Origin: Octopus vulgaris
Taxonomy: Eukaryota
DNA length: 64,000 nucleotides
NCBI GenBank assembly: GCA_951406725.2
Contig: OX597834.1
Span: 14,818,001 to 14,882,000, forward strand
Reading direction: 5' to 3'
The notes under the pieces were generated by a model. The model had not been told where the DNA came from. It saw only the letters and a list, made by a program, of their open reading frames with translations, and did no database searches. Each line of letters starts with the position of its first letter. Position 1 is the stretch's first letter. The position numbers and the translations under genes are program-made. This document shows, one piece after another, positions 13,506-28,010 of the stretch.

Positions 13506-13660
13506 TATGGTTTGGCTGTTAGAGAACGTTTAAATTTGAATTTAAATTTAAAATGGGGGTGAGATGTTAGATATTAATTTAATTAACATCGATTTCATAC
13601 CAGTGGTCTATCATATAAAAAAAAACTCAAAGTTCAGTAAAATTGTATTATATACATATT

Positions 13661-13886
13661 AGAAGGAAACCACTATGTGGACACCCTTATGCTAGAAATA
13701 GATCCACTATGGTCTTACCAATGTGTTAACGTATGTGAATAATCTATGTTTTTATTGCTTTTTCTTTTGTCTTGATCGATTACGTTTTGGTTGTTTTGCT
13801 ATATTTTTCTTGAGAACATTCCTTAGTGGTAAGACCATAGCGGATCTATTTCTAGCATAAGTGTGTCCACATAGTGGTTTCCCTCT
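13661..13886. repeat. Short inverted repeat of family G (60-bp arms)
   Basis: 13661-13720 pairs with 13827-13886 (GGAAACCACTATGTGGACAC..GGTCTTACCA); a third copy lies at 40336-40411. Confidence 0.9.
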
Positions 13887-13905
13887 CATATGTACATATA
13901 TATAT

Positions 13906-14100
13906 AACGGGAAGCTTTATGAAAATAAACAAAAGACGAAGGCCGGTGGAATACAAACAAACAATTGTATTAGTATGGCGCTCAGGAATATAAATAAAAC
14001 AAGTCTTTTACGTTTCGAGCCTACGCTCTTCAACAGAAAGATATACAGAAAAGAAACACGGAGAGAAACAAGGAGAGAAAAAAAATGCGTGCAGAAGCTA
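13906..14100 (-). mobile_element. ~200-bp TA-flanked repeat (family H1), Penelope-pLTR/retrozyme-like
   Basis: Matches 57363-57583; contains a hammerhead-like motif; ends in (TA)n. Confidence 0.6.
14003..14042 (-). ncRNA. Minimal type-I hammerhead-ribozyme-like motif (A6U core variant)
   Basis: Minus strand reads AUCUUU CUGUUGA A GAGC-GUAG-GCUC GAAAC GUA AAAGAC: stem I UCUUU/AAAGA, stem II GAGC/GCUC, palindromic ACGU stem III, GUA triplet. Activity untested. Confidence 0.55.
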
Positions 14101-14125
14101 GCGAATCAACATGGCGATCTGATTC

Positions 14126-14178
<53 letters not shown>

Positions 14179-14789
14179 TATATATATTTAAGTATAGATA
14201 TAGATATAGACATAAATAATCGATATATAGTAAAGTACAGCACTAAAGGAAAAGAGGCCCACACTAAACAACATTGCTCTCACATGACCTCCGTCGCTCC
14301 TTCTCTTCCACCACAGCTCCTCACTCCTTAGCATAACGTCACTAACCCTATACTCCAGACCCACCTTAGCCCCACAAGAAGCTTTCAAAATCTATGTTTC
14401 CCGACTAATCAACATCATTGCGTGTTTGTCACGAAACCAAATCGAGTATCAACGTTTTTTGGGGGGTTTTTTGTGTTTTTTAGAGGTAATTGGTTTCTAA
14501 ATATTGACGTCTAATATGATATCTAATTTTAGTTTCTGTCTTTTATTACTAATTTAGTTAATTGCGTTTCATTAACAAAACTTAATGCGACACGAAACAT
14601 TTTATGTTTATAAATGTGTCGCCATTTTTGACAATTTGGGGTACGTTTAATTTGAAGAGAAGACGGGGTCCAATTTGATATAAACGTCACCAGTTTTTGT
14701 AGCAGAGTACCACAAACGCTGGTTAGTATGAAAAGGGAATTTTCCGTTGTGATTGTTGCTGCTGTAGTTATGTTGTTGTTGTTGCTGTT

Positions 14790-15183
14790 GTGCGAAGCGG
14801 TCTTCCTCCCAGAGCTCGCAAGATCTGCCTCAGTAGTGGGAAAAGTCTGAAACGTGGTCCATTGCTATTCGTAAGACCCGCAGAAGAGAAAGCAGGTCAA
14901 CCCCACGACACTGAGAGCATCGACGGATGGATGGATGAACGCGCATTCATGCTCAGCGGTTGCGTAGGAAGTCGGGGACAAGAAACAGGAAAGAAGAGTG
15001 AGAGAAAGTTGGGGTGAAAGCGTAGAACAGGGGTCGCCATCCACCCACCCACCCCCTGCCGGAGCCTCGTGGAGCTTTAGGTGTTTTCGCTCAATAAATA
15101 CACACAACGACCGGTCTGGGAATCGAAATCGCGATCCTCCGACTGCTAGTCCGCTGCCCTAACCATTGGGCCATTGCGCCTCC
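14790..15183 (-). mobile_element. Family D head with alternative tail 2, ending in (CAA)n
   Basis: 14978-15183 matches the family D head; 14790-14977 is unrelated to the 2200-2380 tail; (TGT)n at 14771-14790. Confidence 0.75.
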
Positions 15184-15465
15184 ACTGTTGTCTTTGTTTG
15201 ATGGTGTCGGTGATGATGCTGTTTTTTTGTTGTTGTTACTGTCATTGTCTTCGCCACATTGTTATTGTTTGTTTGTTTGTTTGTTTGTTGTTGTGCTTGA
15301 TATCGATGATGCAAGGTTAGGAGATGTTGGTGCTGATGCTGTTACACTCATCGCCGCCATTTGTGGTCGTCATCGTCGTTGTCGCTGTTGTCTGTTATGA
15401 GGGTTGTTTTTCTGAAAGGAGCAGTGTAGATACCGTATCCTCTTTTTCACGTATATATATATATA

Positions 15466-15856
15466 CTAGCAGTATCGCCCGGCGTCGCTCGGGTTTGTAA
15501 GGGAAATAACTATATAAGAATTTTTAGAGATGTAAAGTATAATAGCCATCTCAATATGGCTAACCACAAAGGTGTTACTGTAGCTTTTTACGTTCTGAGA
15601 TTTAATAATACATTTTTAGAGAGTTACTTCCCTTATATAATAGCAAAAAATGCATTAAAAATGGGAAAAAATGATGGTAATTTTTTTTTAAATCGGAGAC
15701 TCATCGTAAACGCGCGCGCTAATACCCAGAAGGGCTTGATATGAATCACGACTATAAGATACCCGCTTTTGGTTACACTGCACCGCAAAATGTGAGAGTA
15801 GTTAGGAATCTAAATCGTAGGAGACAGACACACAACTTCACTTTTATATATAAAGA
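15466..15856 (-). mobile_element. Non-autonomous Helitron
   Basis: Minus strand A|TCTTTATATATAAAAG ... CCCGAGCGACGCCGGG hairpin ... CGATACTGCTAG|T. Confidence 0.85.
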
Positions 15857-15942
15857 TCGAGAGAATTTATAATTGCATGCATTTATATACACTTATCAAT
15901 TGCATATGATGAAAATACATATATGTATATAAATGTATATGC

Positions 15943-16159
15943 CTGGCAGAAACGTTAGCACGCCGGGCGAAATACGTAGCCGTATTTCGTCTGTCGTTAC
16001 GTTCCGAGTTCAAATTCCGCCGAGGTCGACTTTGCCTTTCATCCTTTCGGGGTCGATAAATTAAGTACCAGTTACGCTTTGGGGTCGATGTAATCGAATT
16101 CATCCCTTTGTCTGTCCTTGTTTGTCCCCTCTGTGTTTAGACCCTTGTGGGCAGTAAAG

Positions 16160-16162
<3 letters not shown>
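15943..16162 (+). mobile_element. Family B SINE
   Basis: CTGGCAGAAACGTTAGCACGCCGGGCG..GTCGACTTTGCCTTTCATCCTTTCGGGGTCGATAAATTAAGTACCAG..GTAAAGAAAT. Confidence 0.9.
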
Positions 16163-16204
<42 letters not shown>

Positions 16205-16708
16205 GGAAAGAGGCAGAGAGAAAGCGATACATGCATATATACATTCTTGCATACATACATGCATACATACATACGCAATTTTTTTTACGTAGATTCAGCT
16301 CAAAGCTGTGGCCATTCTGGAGCTCCGCTGTTTTACTACACTGATATTACTGAGAAACTCCACTAATATGTGACACTTCGTGTAGAATGAAGTTTGATGT
16401 AACTACCGTTATTTTCACTTCTTGCAGTAAGGTACCTTCATCTGGGACTCACCATAGGAAGAGGTCCAGATTTGATTAAAAAACACCTACATCCACTTTG
16501 TACAGGTTTGCCAGACTCTTTGAGAGAATATTAAAAAAGCTGTGGGCTCCTGAAACCCAGGCTGTTGCAGTAACTGGTTCTGAAGCGCAATGGATATGCT
16601 GGGATATTTGGCATTGGGCAGTATCGACCCGTCCTGGCATTGGTGTAGCGTTCAATATCAATTGAATATTACTGCATGCCTTTCCCGCCTTGTAATATAT
16701 AATATATA

Positions 16709-16768
<60 letters not shown>

Positions 16769-16871
16769 TATATATATTATATATATATATATAATAAATA
16801 TATATATACACATATATATGTAATATATATATATATATATAATAAATATATATATATACATACATATATAC

Positions 16872-16948
<77 letters not shown>

Positions 16949-17070
16949 TGTGTATATGGTAAAGAAAATATTTATAGTGACTGGACGTATTTAGCGTCTA
17001 TTTTCAGCATACAGACACGTTAGATTCTGAACCCTTAATTATAATTGTATCCTCTACAGTTCTAACTCTC

Positions 17071-17169
<99 letters not shown>

Positions 17170-17925
17170 GAAGCACTGGAAATAATTTGTGTTAGGAAGA
17201 AGGAACTGATGCAAAAAAACGACTTATCGGAAATTCACAGCTAACTAGAGGAAGAGCAATTGTTTGTATTCAACGATATTTGACGGAAGCATATTTGGTC
17301 AAGCATGTTACAATAAACCCGATATTATAATATAAATTAATTGGCATGTTGACAAGCGACATAGAGTAGCTATATAACGTAATGTAATGTAAAAATTTAA
17401 AATAAAAACCTGCCGGGAATAGAATTCAATGTTAAGCAACCAAATACAATTCATTAAATGTGAGAAATAAGAAATGTAATGAAATACTCAAGATCACTTG
17501 TAGCTGAATAGCTCAAGGAGTGGGTAAAATAGCAAATATATAGTGGAATACTGGAGCAATACAATGTTAATTATTTGCTGCAAAAACAAACTTAATAATG
17601 GCGGTTAACTGCCTACTTGAAAACATAGAATTTCACATTTTAGAAATTAATAATTCGTCATCCTGTCCTTGAAAACGTAGAAATATAATGCATGGTTTAT
17701 AAGAAGTCGATGATGTATCCGTTGAAAACATCGTGTTTTTGTCTACTGTCTGGTTTTCAGGCGAAATATGCTATATGTGTGCAAAATACGCCTGTGGTTA
17801 CCGTATGGATATTTCTCAAATAAATTGGTAACATGTTGGAGACAATATGACGTATGGCTGCTGTTGTTGTTTTGAAATAAACTTACCCCTGTCAGGGCAA
17901 ATGATCTATCTTCCTGTCCCTTGAT

Positions 17926-18345
17926 GCAGAAAGAGGCTGTGTGGTAAGTAGCTTGCTAACCAGCCACATGGTTCCGGGTTCAGTCCCACTGCGTGCCATC
18001 TTGGGCAAGTGCCTTCTACTATAGCCCCGGGCCGGCCAATGCCTTGTGAGTGTATTTGGTAGACGGAAACTAAAAGAAGCCTGTCGTATATATGTATATA
18101 TATGTATATATGTGTATGTGTGTGTGTTTGTGTGTGTGTGTGTTTGTCCCCATAGCATTGCTTGACAACCGATGCTGGTGTGTTTACGTCCCCGTCACCT
18201 AGCGGTTCGGCAAAAGAGACCGATAGAATAAGTACTGGGCTTACAAAGAATAAGTCCTAGGGTCGATTTGCTCGACTAAAGGTGGTGCTCCAGCATGGCC
18301 GCAGTCAAATGACTGAAACAAGTAAAAGAGTAAAAGAGTAAAGAG
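17926..18345 (+). mobile_element. Family A SINE
   Basis: Full match to family A; GAGTAAAA-repeat tail. Confidence 0.9.
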
Positions 18346-18537
18346 AGAGTATAGGACAAAATTCATTCCTAAATTTAAAATGTTACAATATCAGATTGGC
18401 TGCTATATCTAGCAGCTTAGACAGACGCATGGATACATTATAGTTTGAGACCAAGAGAAACAGTTTGGTTTTTTTAGATGCAAATCTCTCATCATAAGTG
18501 ATAAATATTTCATCTCCCTCCAACAATAATATATGTT

Positions 18538-18935
18538 CAGGCGGGGCTGTGTGGTAAGAAGCTTGCCTGCCAAACGCATGGCTCCGAGTTCAGTCGCATC
18601 GCGTGGCACCTAGGGCAAGCGTCTCCTACCATAGCCTCTGGCCGATCGAAGCTTTGTGAGTGGACTTAATAGAGGGAAACTGAAAGGAGCCCGTCGTATA
18701 TGTATGTGCGTGTGTGTGTGGGTGGGTGCATCTGTATTTGTCCCCTGCATCACCACTTGACAGGCGGTGTTGGTGCGTTTGCGTCCCCGTAACCTAGCTT
18801 TTCGGCAATAGACGCCGACAGAATAAATACTAGGCTTTAAAAATAAGTGATTGGGTCAATTTGCCCGACCAAACTACTTGTGGGCGCTGCTCCAGCATGA
18901 CCGCAGTCAAATGACAAACAATAGACTAAAAGAAG
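18538..18935 (+). mobile_element. Family A SINE, older variant
   Basis: Diverged match to family A. Confidence 0.75.
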
Positions 18936-19536
18936 ACAATTCCTGTTTTCATATCATCGTTTCTCGGTTTCACTTCAATAATATATGCTGATTAAGCCTT
19001 ATTAAATGGCATTAACAGAACGAAGAATTTGTTATATGTGATACCAAGAATAGCTAATGGGGATATCTAAATTCCGTACATAAGAACAAATACCTATAAC
19101 GAAATGTTGCGGATAATGAATCTTATTGTTACTTAAAACCATGAATGAATTGCTTTGGAGCTGTTTCTGAAGGATTCGCCTCCATGATTAATTGCTGCGG
19201 TCCTTTAAGACTTAAGTTATTGTATTTAATTATTTCGCATTTGACAAGCTTGTATTAACCTACTTAGCAAACATCTTAATGTAGTACTTGCGTATAATTT
19301 TTTTGTATATTCTCGTACTGCAAATTTCAACAGGAAAGCAATGATATGATGTAGCTATGTACCTGTTTGAAGACTTTTATGCCTATCTACATATAGACAG
19401 ACATAAGAGAGTTTATAAGCAGAAACACACTCACACACAAACAGACACACACACACATAAACACACACACACACACATATATATCAAAACATGGAGTAGA
19501 TGAAACAAAGGCGACTGAAGAAGGAGAATCTTCCTT

Positions 19537-19638
19537 GTTTTGTATGTCCTGTACCCATATATGCATGTATATATACATGTAGAGGTAGGTACGTACATAT
19601 ATGTATGTATATATGCATATGTTTTATTTATTTATTAA

Positions 19639-19640
<2 letters not shown>
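19537..19640 (+). repeat. Family F short repeat ending at (TA)n
   Basis: TGTCCTGTACCCATATATGCATGTATATATACAT shared with ~33765-33870 and ~51466-51560. Confidence 0.65.
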
Positions 19641-19689
<49 letters not shown>

Positions 19690-20256
19690 TGTGTGAGTAC
19701 ATATATGCATCTTTGTATATGCAAGTATTTTGTATAGCATGTACGTATTTGTGTATGTATATATATGTGTCTGTGTGTGTGTGTGTGTTCATAGATGTGT
19801 GTATGTATGTCTAAATTTATGCATGCGCATATGCATAGATATGCATACATACACATAGATGTGTGTGTAAGTTTGACTGCCTACATACATATATATATAA
19901 CAGACTGGAACATCTAAATCCCTTCGTCTCATTAGGACGTTGAGTTAAAAGAGCAACAAATTACATTATGGGTTTCTTTTTTTGCGTTATTCCCTTGTCA
20001 GAAGAACGTATACACATGCGCACACAGAGACACAGAGATACACCCCCACACACATCACACACACACACACCATATTCATGCAAAAACCACATTCATACGC
20101 ACATTCATACCCCTATACATGCACATACACAACGAGTTCATTAATAAATGCCAATAACAAACTGAAAATACATAACGCGCAACGCACAGAACCAAAAACT
20201 ATTTAACAAATATATAAACATATCTGCGTATATATTTTGGTGCATGTGTGCATATA

Positions 20257-20308
<52 letters not shown>

Positions 20309-20330
20309 TATATATATATGTATATGTATA

Positions 20331-20375
<45 letters not shown>

Positions 20376-20506
20376 ATGTATATATATATATATATATATA
20401 TTATGCATATATATACACACTTATATATTTATTTATATATATTTATAAATATATAAATATCTGTGTATATATATGAGTAAATATATTCAGCAATATATAT
20501 GTATAG

Positions 20507-20544
<38 letters not shown>

Positions 20545-20582
20545 ACATATATACATATTTATATACATATATATAGTTATAA

Positions 20583-20621
<39 letters not shown>

Positions 20622-21231
20622 CATGGCTAAACATATTCAATAAAATATGAGAAAACAAAGAACAATCTGACGCCTTGATTTTAAAAGGCAAAAATCGATT
20701 TTAATCAAATGGTTGGCTTATCTTAATCATCTCCCTTGGCAGCGTTTTTCGGAACATCCATCTCTAAATAGAGAAGGATACGTTGGTTTGGGACAAAGTG
20801 ATCATTTTAGATATGTGTTATATTCTGTTATCGTGTTCGTTTTTAGAACTAATTACCATAACTAATTACCGCATTCTATTTTCTTCAACGACTATTCACA
20901 CATTCGAAATCTTTGGGGAACTCGGCGTCTTCTTATTTCATTTCTCTTTGTGTCACTCAAATGTCAATCGCCATTTTTATGCTGGTAATTTTCTTTTATC
21001 GTCGTTAATATCAATAACACCATCAGTAGTAACAACAGCAGCAACAGCAGCGGCAGCAGTATCATCACCATCGTCAAACATCATCAGCAGCAGCAGCGTT
21101 ACCAGCAGCATCACCAGGACTACTATCAGCAAGCACAAGAACAAAAAAAAATAAAAGAATAACCACCACCACAGCAGCATAAGAATTCGCGTTAGGAATT
21201 ATGCCAGAAATAATTGTTTGCGCTTTTTTTT

Positions 21232-21235
<4 letters not shown>

Positions 21236-21272
<37 letters not shown>

Positions 21273-21298
21273 TATTATTATTATTATTATTATTATCA

Positions 21299-21357
<59 letters not shown>

Positions 21358-21359
21358 CA

Positions 21360-21404
<45 letters not shown>

Positions 21405-21464
21405 TTTTTTTTTTTATTATTATTATTGTTGTTGTTGTCGCTGTTGTTGCTGCTGTTGTTGTTG

Positions 21465-21522
<58 letters not shown>

Positions 21523-21596
21523 CATCATCATTATTATTATTATCATTGCTGTTCGTGTTCTATTGTTAATGACGAACAGGCTGTTATCGACACACA

Positions 21597-21656
<60 letters not shown>

Positions 21657-21911
21657 CATCATTATTATTATTATCATTGCTGTTCGTGTTCTATTGTTAA
21701 TGACGAACAGGCTGTTATCGACACACACATTATTATTATTATTACTATTATTATTACTATTATTATTATTATTATTATTATCTTCATCATCATCATCATC
21801 TTCATTATTATTATTATCATTATTACTATTATTATTATCATCATCATCATCATTATCATTATTATCATTAATATTATTACTATTATTATCATCATCATCA
21901 TCATCATCATC
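21236..21911. repeat. (ATT)n/(ATC)n tract with an embedded 131-bp tandem duplication
   Basis: The cassette GCTGTTCGTGTTCTATTG..GACACACAC starts at both 21548 and 21679. Confidence 0.9.
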
Positions 21912-22593
21912 AGTATTGATGTGGTGTTGCTGTTGTTGTTCTTGTTGTTGTCGTCGTTGTCGTCCCCGTTGTTGCTTTCCTATTCATCTCTTCATTGCAC
22001 ATCACGGATTAGAAAAAAAAACTCTCTTGCTCGAGAGGGGTTTCCATTATGTTAACTCCGAAGCCTTAACAGAAAGGCTTTAAGCAGAAAGTACTTTAAT
22101 AATAAGAATATGTACTATTCCAAGTAGGACAGGTAAACGGTGCATTTACGTATCTCTCTTGGTGGCCAACAATTGTTGGAGGTATCGGAGCTTTGGAAGA
22201 ATTGAACGTAGCGCTCAGATGGCACTAGTGCCATTTTCAATATTGCTCCCGGTCATCTTCATATTTCCTTTTTATATCTTCATTGTAATAAACATATCTA
22301 GAACTTTATCAACGAATTTGTCACTAATACTGTTGTGCCAAGGAACTGTAACGACTATTATGTGATACTTGATGCTACAGATGAAATCCGTTACTCGTTA
22401 TACAGGCAGCAGTTCGAGTTTTGTGATGAATGACAATTGCTTAATACAATATCCTAATCTAATACGTAAGATGATAAAAACAATTTTTCGGCGTCAAATT
22501 TATAAAAATCATTAAAAAAAAACTATATTTTGCTGAACCAAACTCTTTTATAATCTTTATATTATACACTTACTGTATCTATAGCGTTTGTCA

Positions 22594-22977
22594 TCTCTCT
22601 CTATATAAACGGCAGTTTGTCTGTCTGCGTGTTTCTGTGTGTCTGTTTGGTTGTACCCTCACCCTGACCACGGCTTTCAACCGATTCTGATGAAACTTGA
22701 CACACACATAGCCCAATGTCATAATTCAAAACTAACGCAGCGAAAATTTAGAAAAGTTCACCCAGTTCTGAAAAAAATCGATAAATTCGACATGGGGTCA
22801 AGAATCAGAAACCCAAACCACAGACCGTCTAGGGGACGCAACTCCACCTTTTTTAACTCTCATTTTTTAACCATCATTTTTTTTCCATTTTTTTGCTATT
22901 TTTTGGCTATAACTCTCTAAAAATGCTTTATAGTTATTTCCCTTACAAACCTGAGCAACGCCGGGCGATACTGCTAG
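22594..22977 (+). mobile_element. Non-autonomous Helitron
   Basis: A|TCTCTCTCTATATAAAC ... CCTGAGCAACGCCGGG CGATACTGCTAG|T; the 3' ~70 bp is shared with the 15466-15856 element. Confidence 0.85.
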
Positions 22978-23080
22978 TATTCTATATTTCCAGACTTAAA
23001 GAGATTTAGCTTTTATATAGGATTTCAACCGTCTTGCTTGCATGCGAAGGATGCTTCTTTTTTTAATATAATTATTGACC

Positions 23081-23470
23081 AGGAGTGACTGTGTGGTAAG
23101 TAGATTGCTAACCAACCACATGGTTCCGCTTTCGGTCCCACTGCGTGGCATCTTGGCCAACATCTTGGCCGACCAATGCCTTGTGAGTGGATTTGGTAGA
23201 CGGAAACTGAAAGAAGCCCGTCGTATATATGTATATATATATATATATATGTGTGCGTGTATGTTTGTGTTTGTCCCCCTAGCATTGCTTGACAACCGAT
23301 GCTGGTGTGTCCATGTCCCCGTTACTTAGCGGTTCGGCAAAAGAGAACGATAGAATAAGTACTGGGTTTACAAAAAGAATAAGTTCCGGGGTCGAGTTGC
23401 TCGATTAAAGGCGGTGTTCCATCATGGCCGCAGTCAAATGACTGAAACAAGTAAAAAAAAAAAGAAAAAA
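23081..23470 (+). mobile_element. Family A SINE with a rearranged CORE region
   Basis: Match to family A; CATCTTGGCC is duplicated in place of the CORE segment. Confidence 0.85.
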
Positions 23471-24701
23471 GGAACCTATTTTTTTTTACCTCCTACTACC
23501 TTGCACAAATCAGCAAAGTGTTTAATCCGATTTTTTATGCAATTTCTGGAAAACATTTTTTTGTAATAATACTGTTCTGTATTTAAGAGATGAGGAATTA
23601 TGTACGTTATTTACATTCAACGGATATTTGTCTTCATCTTGTTCGTTCTTAACACAGCGTTTCGGATTATATACCCTCCAGCCTTCAGATTCCAGCTTGT
23701 GTTCAGATTCCATTGAGATAGAACTTGCCTTACATCGTTTCCGGTATTTGTACGTGTGTGTGTGTGTGTTGTTTGTGTGTGTGTGCACCTCCCCCCACAG
23801 ATTGATACACGGTGTTTACGTTTCTGTTAGCTAGCTGTTCGTCAAATGTGATCCACAGGATAAGTAACTGTGATAATAATAAAGTAAGTATGGTGTCGAT
23901 TCATTTCACTAACAATTTTTCTACCTAATGCCCCAGCTTGGCAGAAGTCTAACGAGTGAAACAAGTAAAAGATAAAAGATAGCCACTGCTGCTAGGTAAA
24001 ATTTAAGACAAAATTATAAACAAGAGAAAAAGAAGATGCATGGCAAATTCGTGACAATTCAAAGTGGTGAACAATAAGCAATCAGTTTATGAGTAGAGTT
24101 TGTTGTTTACAAGAACAGCGAGCCAAAAAGAAGTTTAAATAATATAGTACACAACGTAATTCTTTCATAATCGATAATAACTTCCTAACAGAAAAAATTA
24201 AGATCATTAAAGAATGGATCTACATAGAGGGTATACATATGAAAGGTATCATTAATTTCTTGAATCATTTTTTAATCTAACACCGTACTCTTGCAATTAT
24301 CCTTTCTTTTTCTTTCTCTTTATTCACGAACAGTTATCAATCTCTCTCTCTCTCTCTCTCACTCTTTCCTTACTCCTTTCTTCGTGCCTACACCGTTCTC
24401 TCTTTATCACTATACCCCTATATACACTCTTGTGCTCGGGTTATACTCCAACGAGAAAGTTTGTGCAACTGAGTGTATGTGTGCGTGAGTGTATGGTTAC
24501 TTGTTGTGAAATGCTCGAAATACGACAGGAGAAAAACAGCCAACAACGGATGAAGGGTCGATCTTGATGTTGGTTGTTTTGTTTTCCATTTGTGTTTTTC
24601 GTTGTTCGAAAAAATCGTTCATATTCCATATACTCGTACTTTGTATTTTCTGCTGCACACGTTTCGTGACTCCCTGTGCCCACATATGCTTATATATATA
24701 T

Positions 24702-25248
<547 letters not shown>

Positions 25249-25732
25249 CATATATACACAATTTGACGTTGACACTTTTATTTAAAGTAAAAGCTACTCT
25301 GGATAAACGTTTGAAACTCAAGACCCAACTCCTTGAGAAATCACAAGAAAGCACGTGAATAAGTTTGATACAAAAAGCAGAGATGGAATTCACGCTTTGC
25401 CATCTCATTTCACTTTTTCTACCATACTTCTCGTATTTTCTAGTAATTTCTCATGGACCAGAATTGAAGGTTTGGAACTTAACTATGTGCCCCGAGTCCA
25501 TGTATCGCTTGGGGAGACAAGCCACGTTATATGAATCTGCCTTATTTCAATGTCTTTGCGGGCTGAAATTATTTATAGCTCTTATTTTGAGCACGTGAAC
25601 ATTAAATATTATTTATCTATCATTGGATTGGGTAATACTTTGATCCTAGCTTAACAGAGCAGTATATTTTTTGTGTATGTGTGCGAGAAAGAAGGAGAGA
25701 TCGAGAGTGAAACAGAAAAAGAGAGGAAGAGA

Positions 25733-25772
<40 letters not shown>

Positions 25773-25865
25773 TATGAGTATTCTTGAATCAAATCTGAAG
25801 TTCTTAAATCTCAAAAGAAATCTAGTTAAGTTAAAGGTGGCCGTAGGAGGACATCTTAATGCTTC

Positions 25866-26133
25866 TGTTTTATTATATGAAGATATTTCACTACGGCCCC
25901 AGCCACTTGCCGTCCCCAAGCTTTCAGTCATACTGTAACATTTCATATCCTTCCCTTTTGGAAAGGGAATTGTTCGATTACAGCGAAGCTATGAAGAGCA
26001 AATCGACCTTGGCGTACTTTGAACTCAGAATGTCTTTAAGACGGACGAAATGCGCCTAATTATTTTTCCCGGTGCGCTAACGATTCTCCCAGCTCGCCGC
26101 CTTATAAATAATAATAATAGTAACAATGATAAT
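25866..26133 (+). repeat. Local direct duplication, copy 1
   Basis: ~90% identical by eye to 29369-29620, including a decayed family B head and its flank. Confidence 0.9.
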
Positions 26134-27105
26134 TTTCTTAATCTTAATCTTACATGATTTGTGTATTCGAAAATGATACTTCGCCGAAGCCATAATTATA
26201 TAATTATAACTAGACATCATGAAATATATATATATATATATATATATAGTGCGCGGTAGTTAAAGATGGGCCAGACAGATCTTTCTACAACCAGTGATAA
26301 GGCAGAAACTTGTTCTCAGTATCAATACAATCAACACTTTCAAGAAATACATTTATACCACCTTTAGGCTTCTATTTTCTATTCTATTTTCAAGCTGTAT
26401 GCGTAAGTTACTGTACGTGGGACAAGACAATGAAAGGCGATCTCATGGCGAATTTAAATTAAGGTAAAGAGACAATTTATTTACCATTTCCCCATTATAA
26501 TTTCTCTTAATGAACACAGTTCGTCTTATTCCTACACAACCAATACAACCATCATTATCTTCTTTCAAAACAATTTCATTTCGTTCGTTTTCAATTATGA
26601 TTTCGCTATTTCACATTTACTCGCTCCTTAAGCAACAATTACGAAAGGATAGACACTGTTCGTGTGTCAGATTAGCATTTAAAATTTGCCTCTTTTGCTT
26701 TTAATTCTTTTTAACAGCTTACAAATTAGCTAGCTTTTGCTTTAGCTATTTACTTGTTTTTGGCCATATTTCAAAATTTCATATTGACCTGGTACGTAGG
26801 CTGGAGTCAAAAACCTAATGTCAATCACCACTTGAGACAAGGAGATAACGAACAATATAAGCAGCAGAAACAACAAAACTAAAAAAGCAACACTAACAAT
26901 AACAACAACTGCAACATAAATAACTACAGCAGCAGCAGCGAGAGGTAGAAGTAGCGGCAAGAGCGGATACTAACTTTATCTCTTTTAATCTGTCAGTTTG
27001 CCATTAACGTGACGTAAATACACAACGTTCAAAACAATGTACATATGGGTGTTTGTGTCAGTGGGAGTGTGTGTGCGCGGATAAGTGTGTGTAATATATA
27101 GATAC

Positions 27106-27140
<35 letters not shown>

Positions 27141-27756
27141 TATATATATATACATGCGTATACATATAAACATATATATATATATATATATACACATATG
27201 GATATACATACATCTATAGATAAAAATATCTATATACGCATGTACATATATAATATACATGTGTGTATATATATGTATAGATATGTGTATGCATATATAT
27301 ATATATATACACACACACATATATATTTATATATTTATATACATATATATATATATATATATTTATATACATATATATATATATACACACACATATATAT
27401 ATATATATATATGTATGTATATGAGGGGTAGCGGCAGTAGTGTCGAGTTCAAGTATTTATGAACATCATAATGACCATTGAAAATAACACAGATTTATGT
27501 GTGTGTAGAAGGGTACGTATGTGTGTACATATATGTGTGTATGTGTGTGTATGTATGTATGTATATATATATATATATATACATATATATATACATATAT
27601 ACATATAGATACATATATAACAACGTATATTTTACGCTCTCCTCCTCTCACTTCCTACAACATATATATATATATATGTACATACAAATTACAACGATTA
27701 CAACGATGTGAGTAACTCTATGAGTGAATAGTTGTATGTATGTGCCTGTCACGTGC

Positions 27757-28010
27757 GGTGGTGTTTGTGGTTATGTGTTTGGTGGTGGTGGTGGTGGTGG
27801 ACATGGAGCTGGTGATGGAGGTATTTGTACTGGTGTTTGTAGAGGTGGTGGTTTTGGTGTTGATGGTGGTGCTGGTGGTGCTGGTGATGGAGGTGTTTGC
27901 GGTGGTGTTTGTAGTGGTAGTGGTGGTTTTGGTGGTGGTGGTGGTGGTGTATGTGGTGGGGGTGTATGTGGTGGAGGTGGTGGTGTTCGAGGTTTTTGTG
28001 GTGGTGGCGC
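27757..28010. repeat. Degenerate (GGT)n tract
   Basis: Direct reading; the source of the Gly/Cys ORF 27724-28050. Confidence 0.8.

Noticed and set aside
16380-16690. Unique-looking segment with 61-77-aa ORFs
   Set aside because: No recognisable motif or exon boundaries; it cannot be supported without a database search.
21201-22083. 289-aa and other poly-I/Y/L ORFs
   Set aside because: An (ATT)n/(GTT)n microsatellite.
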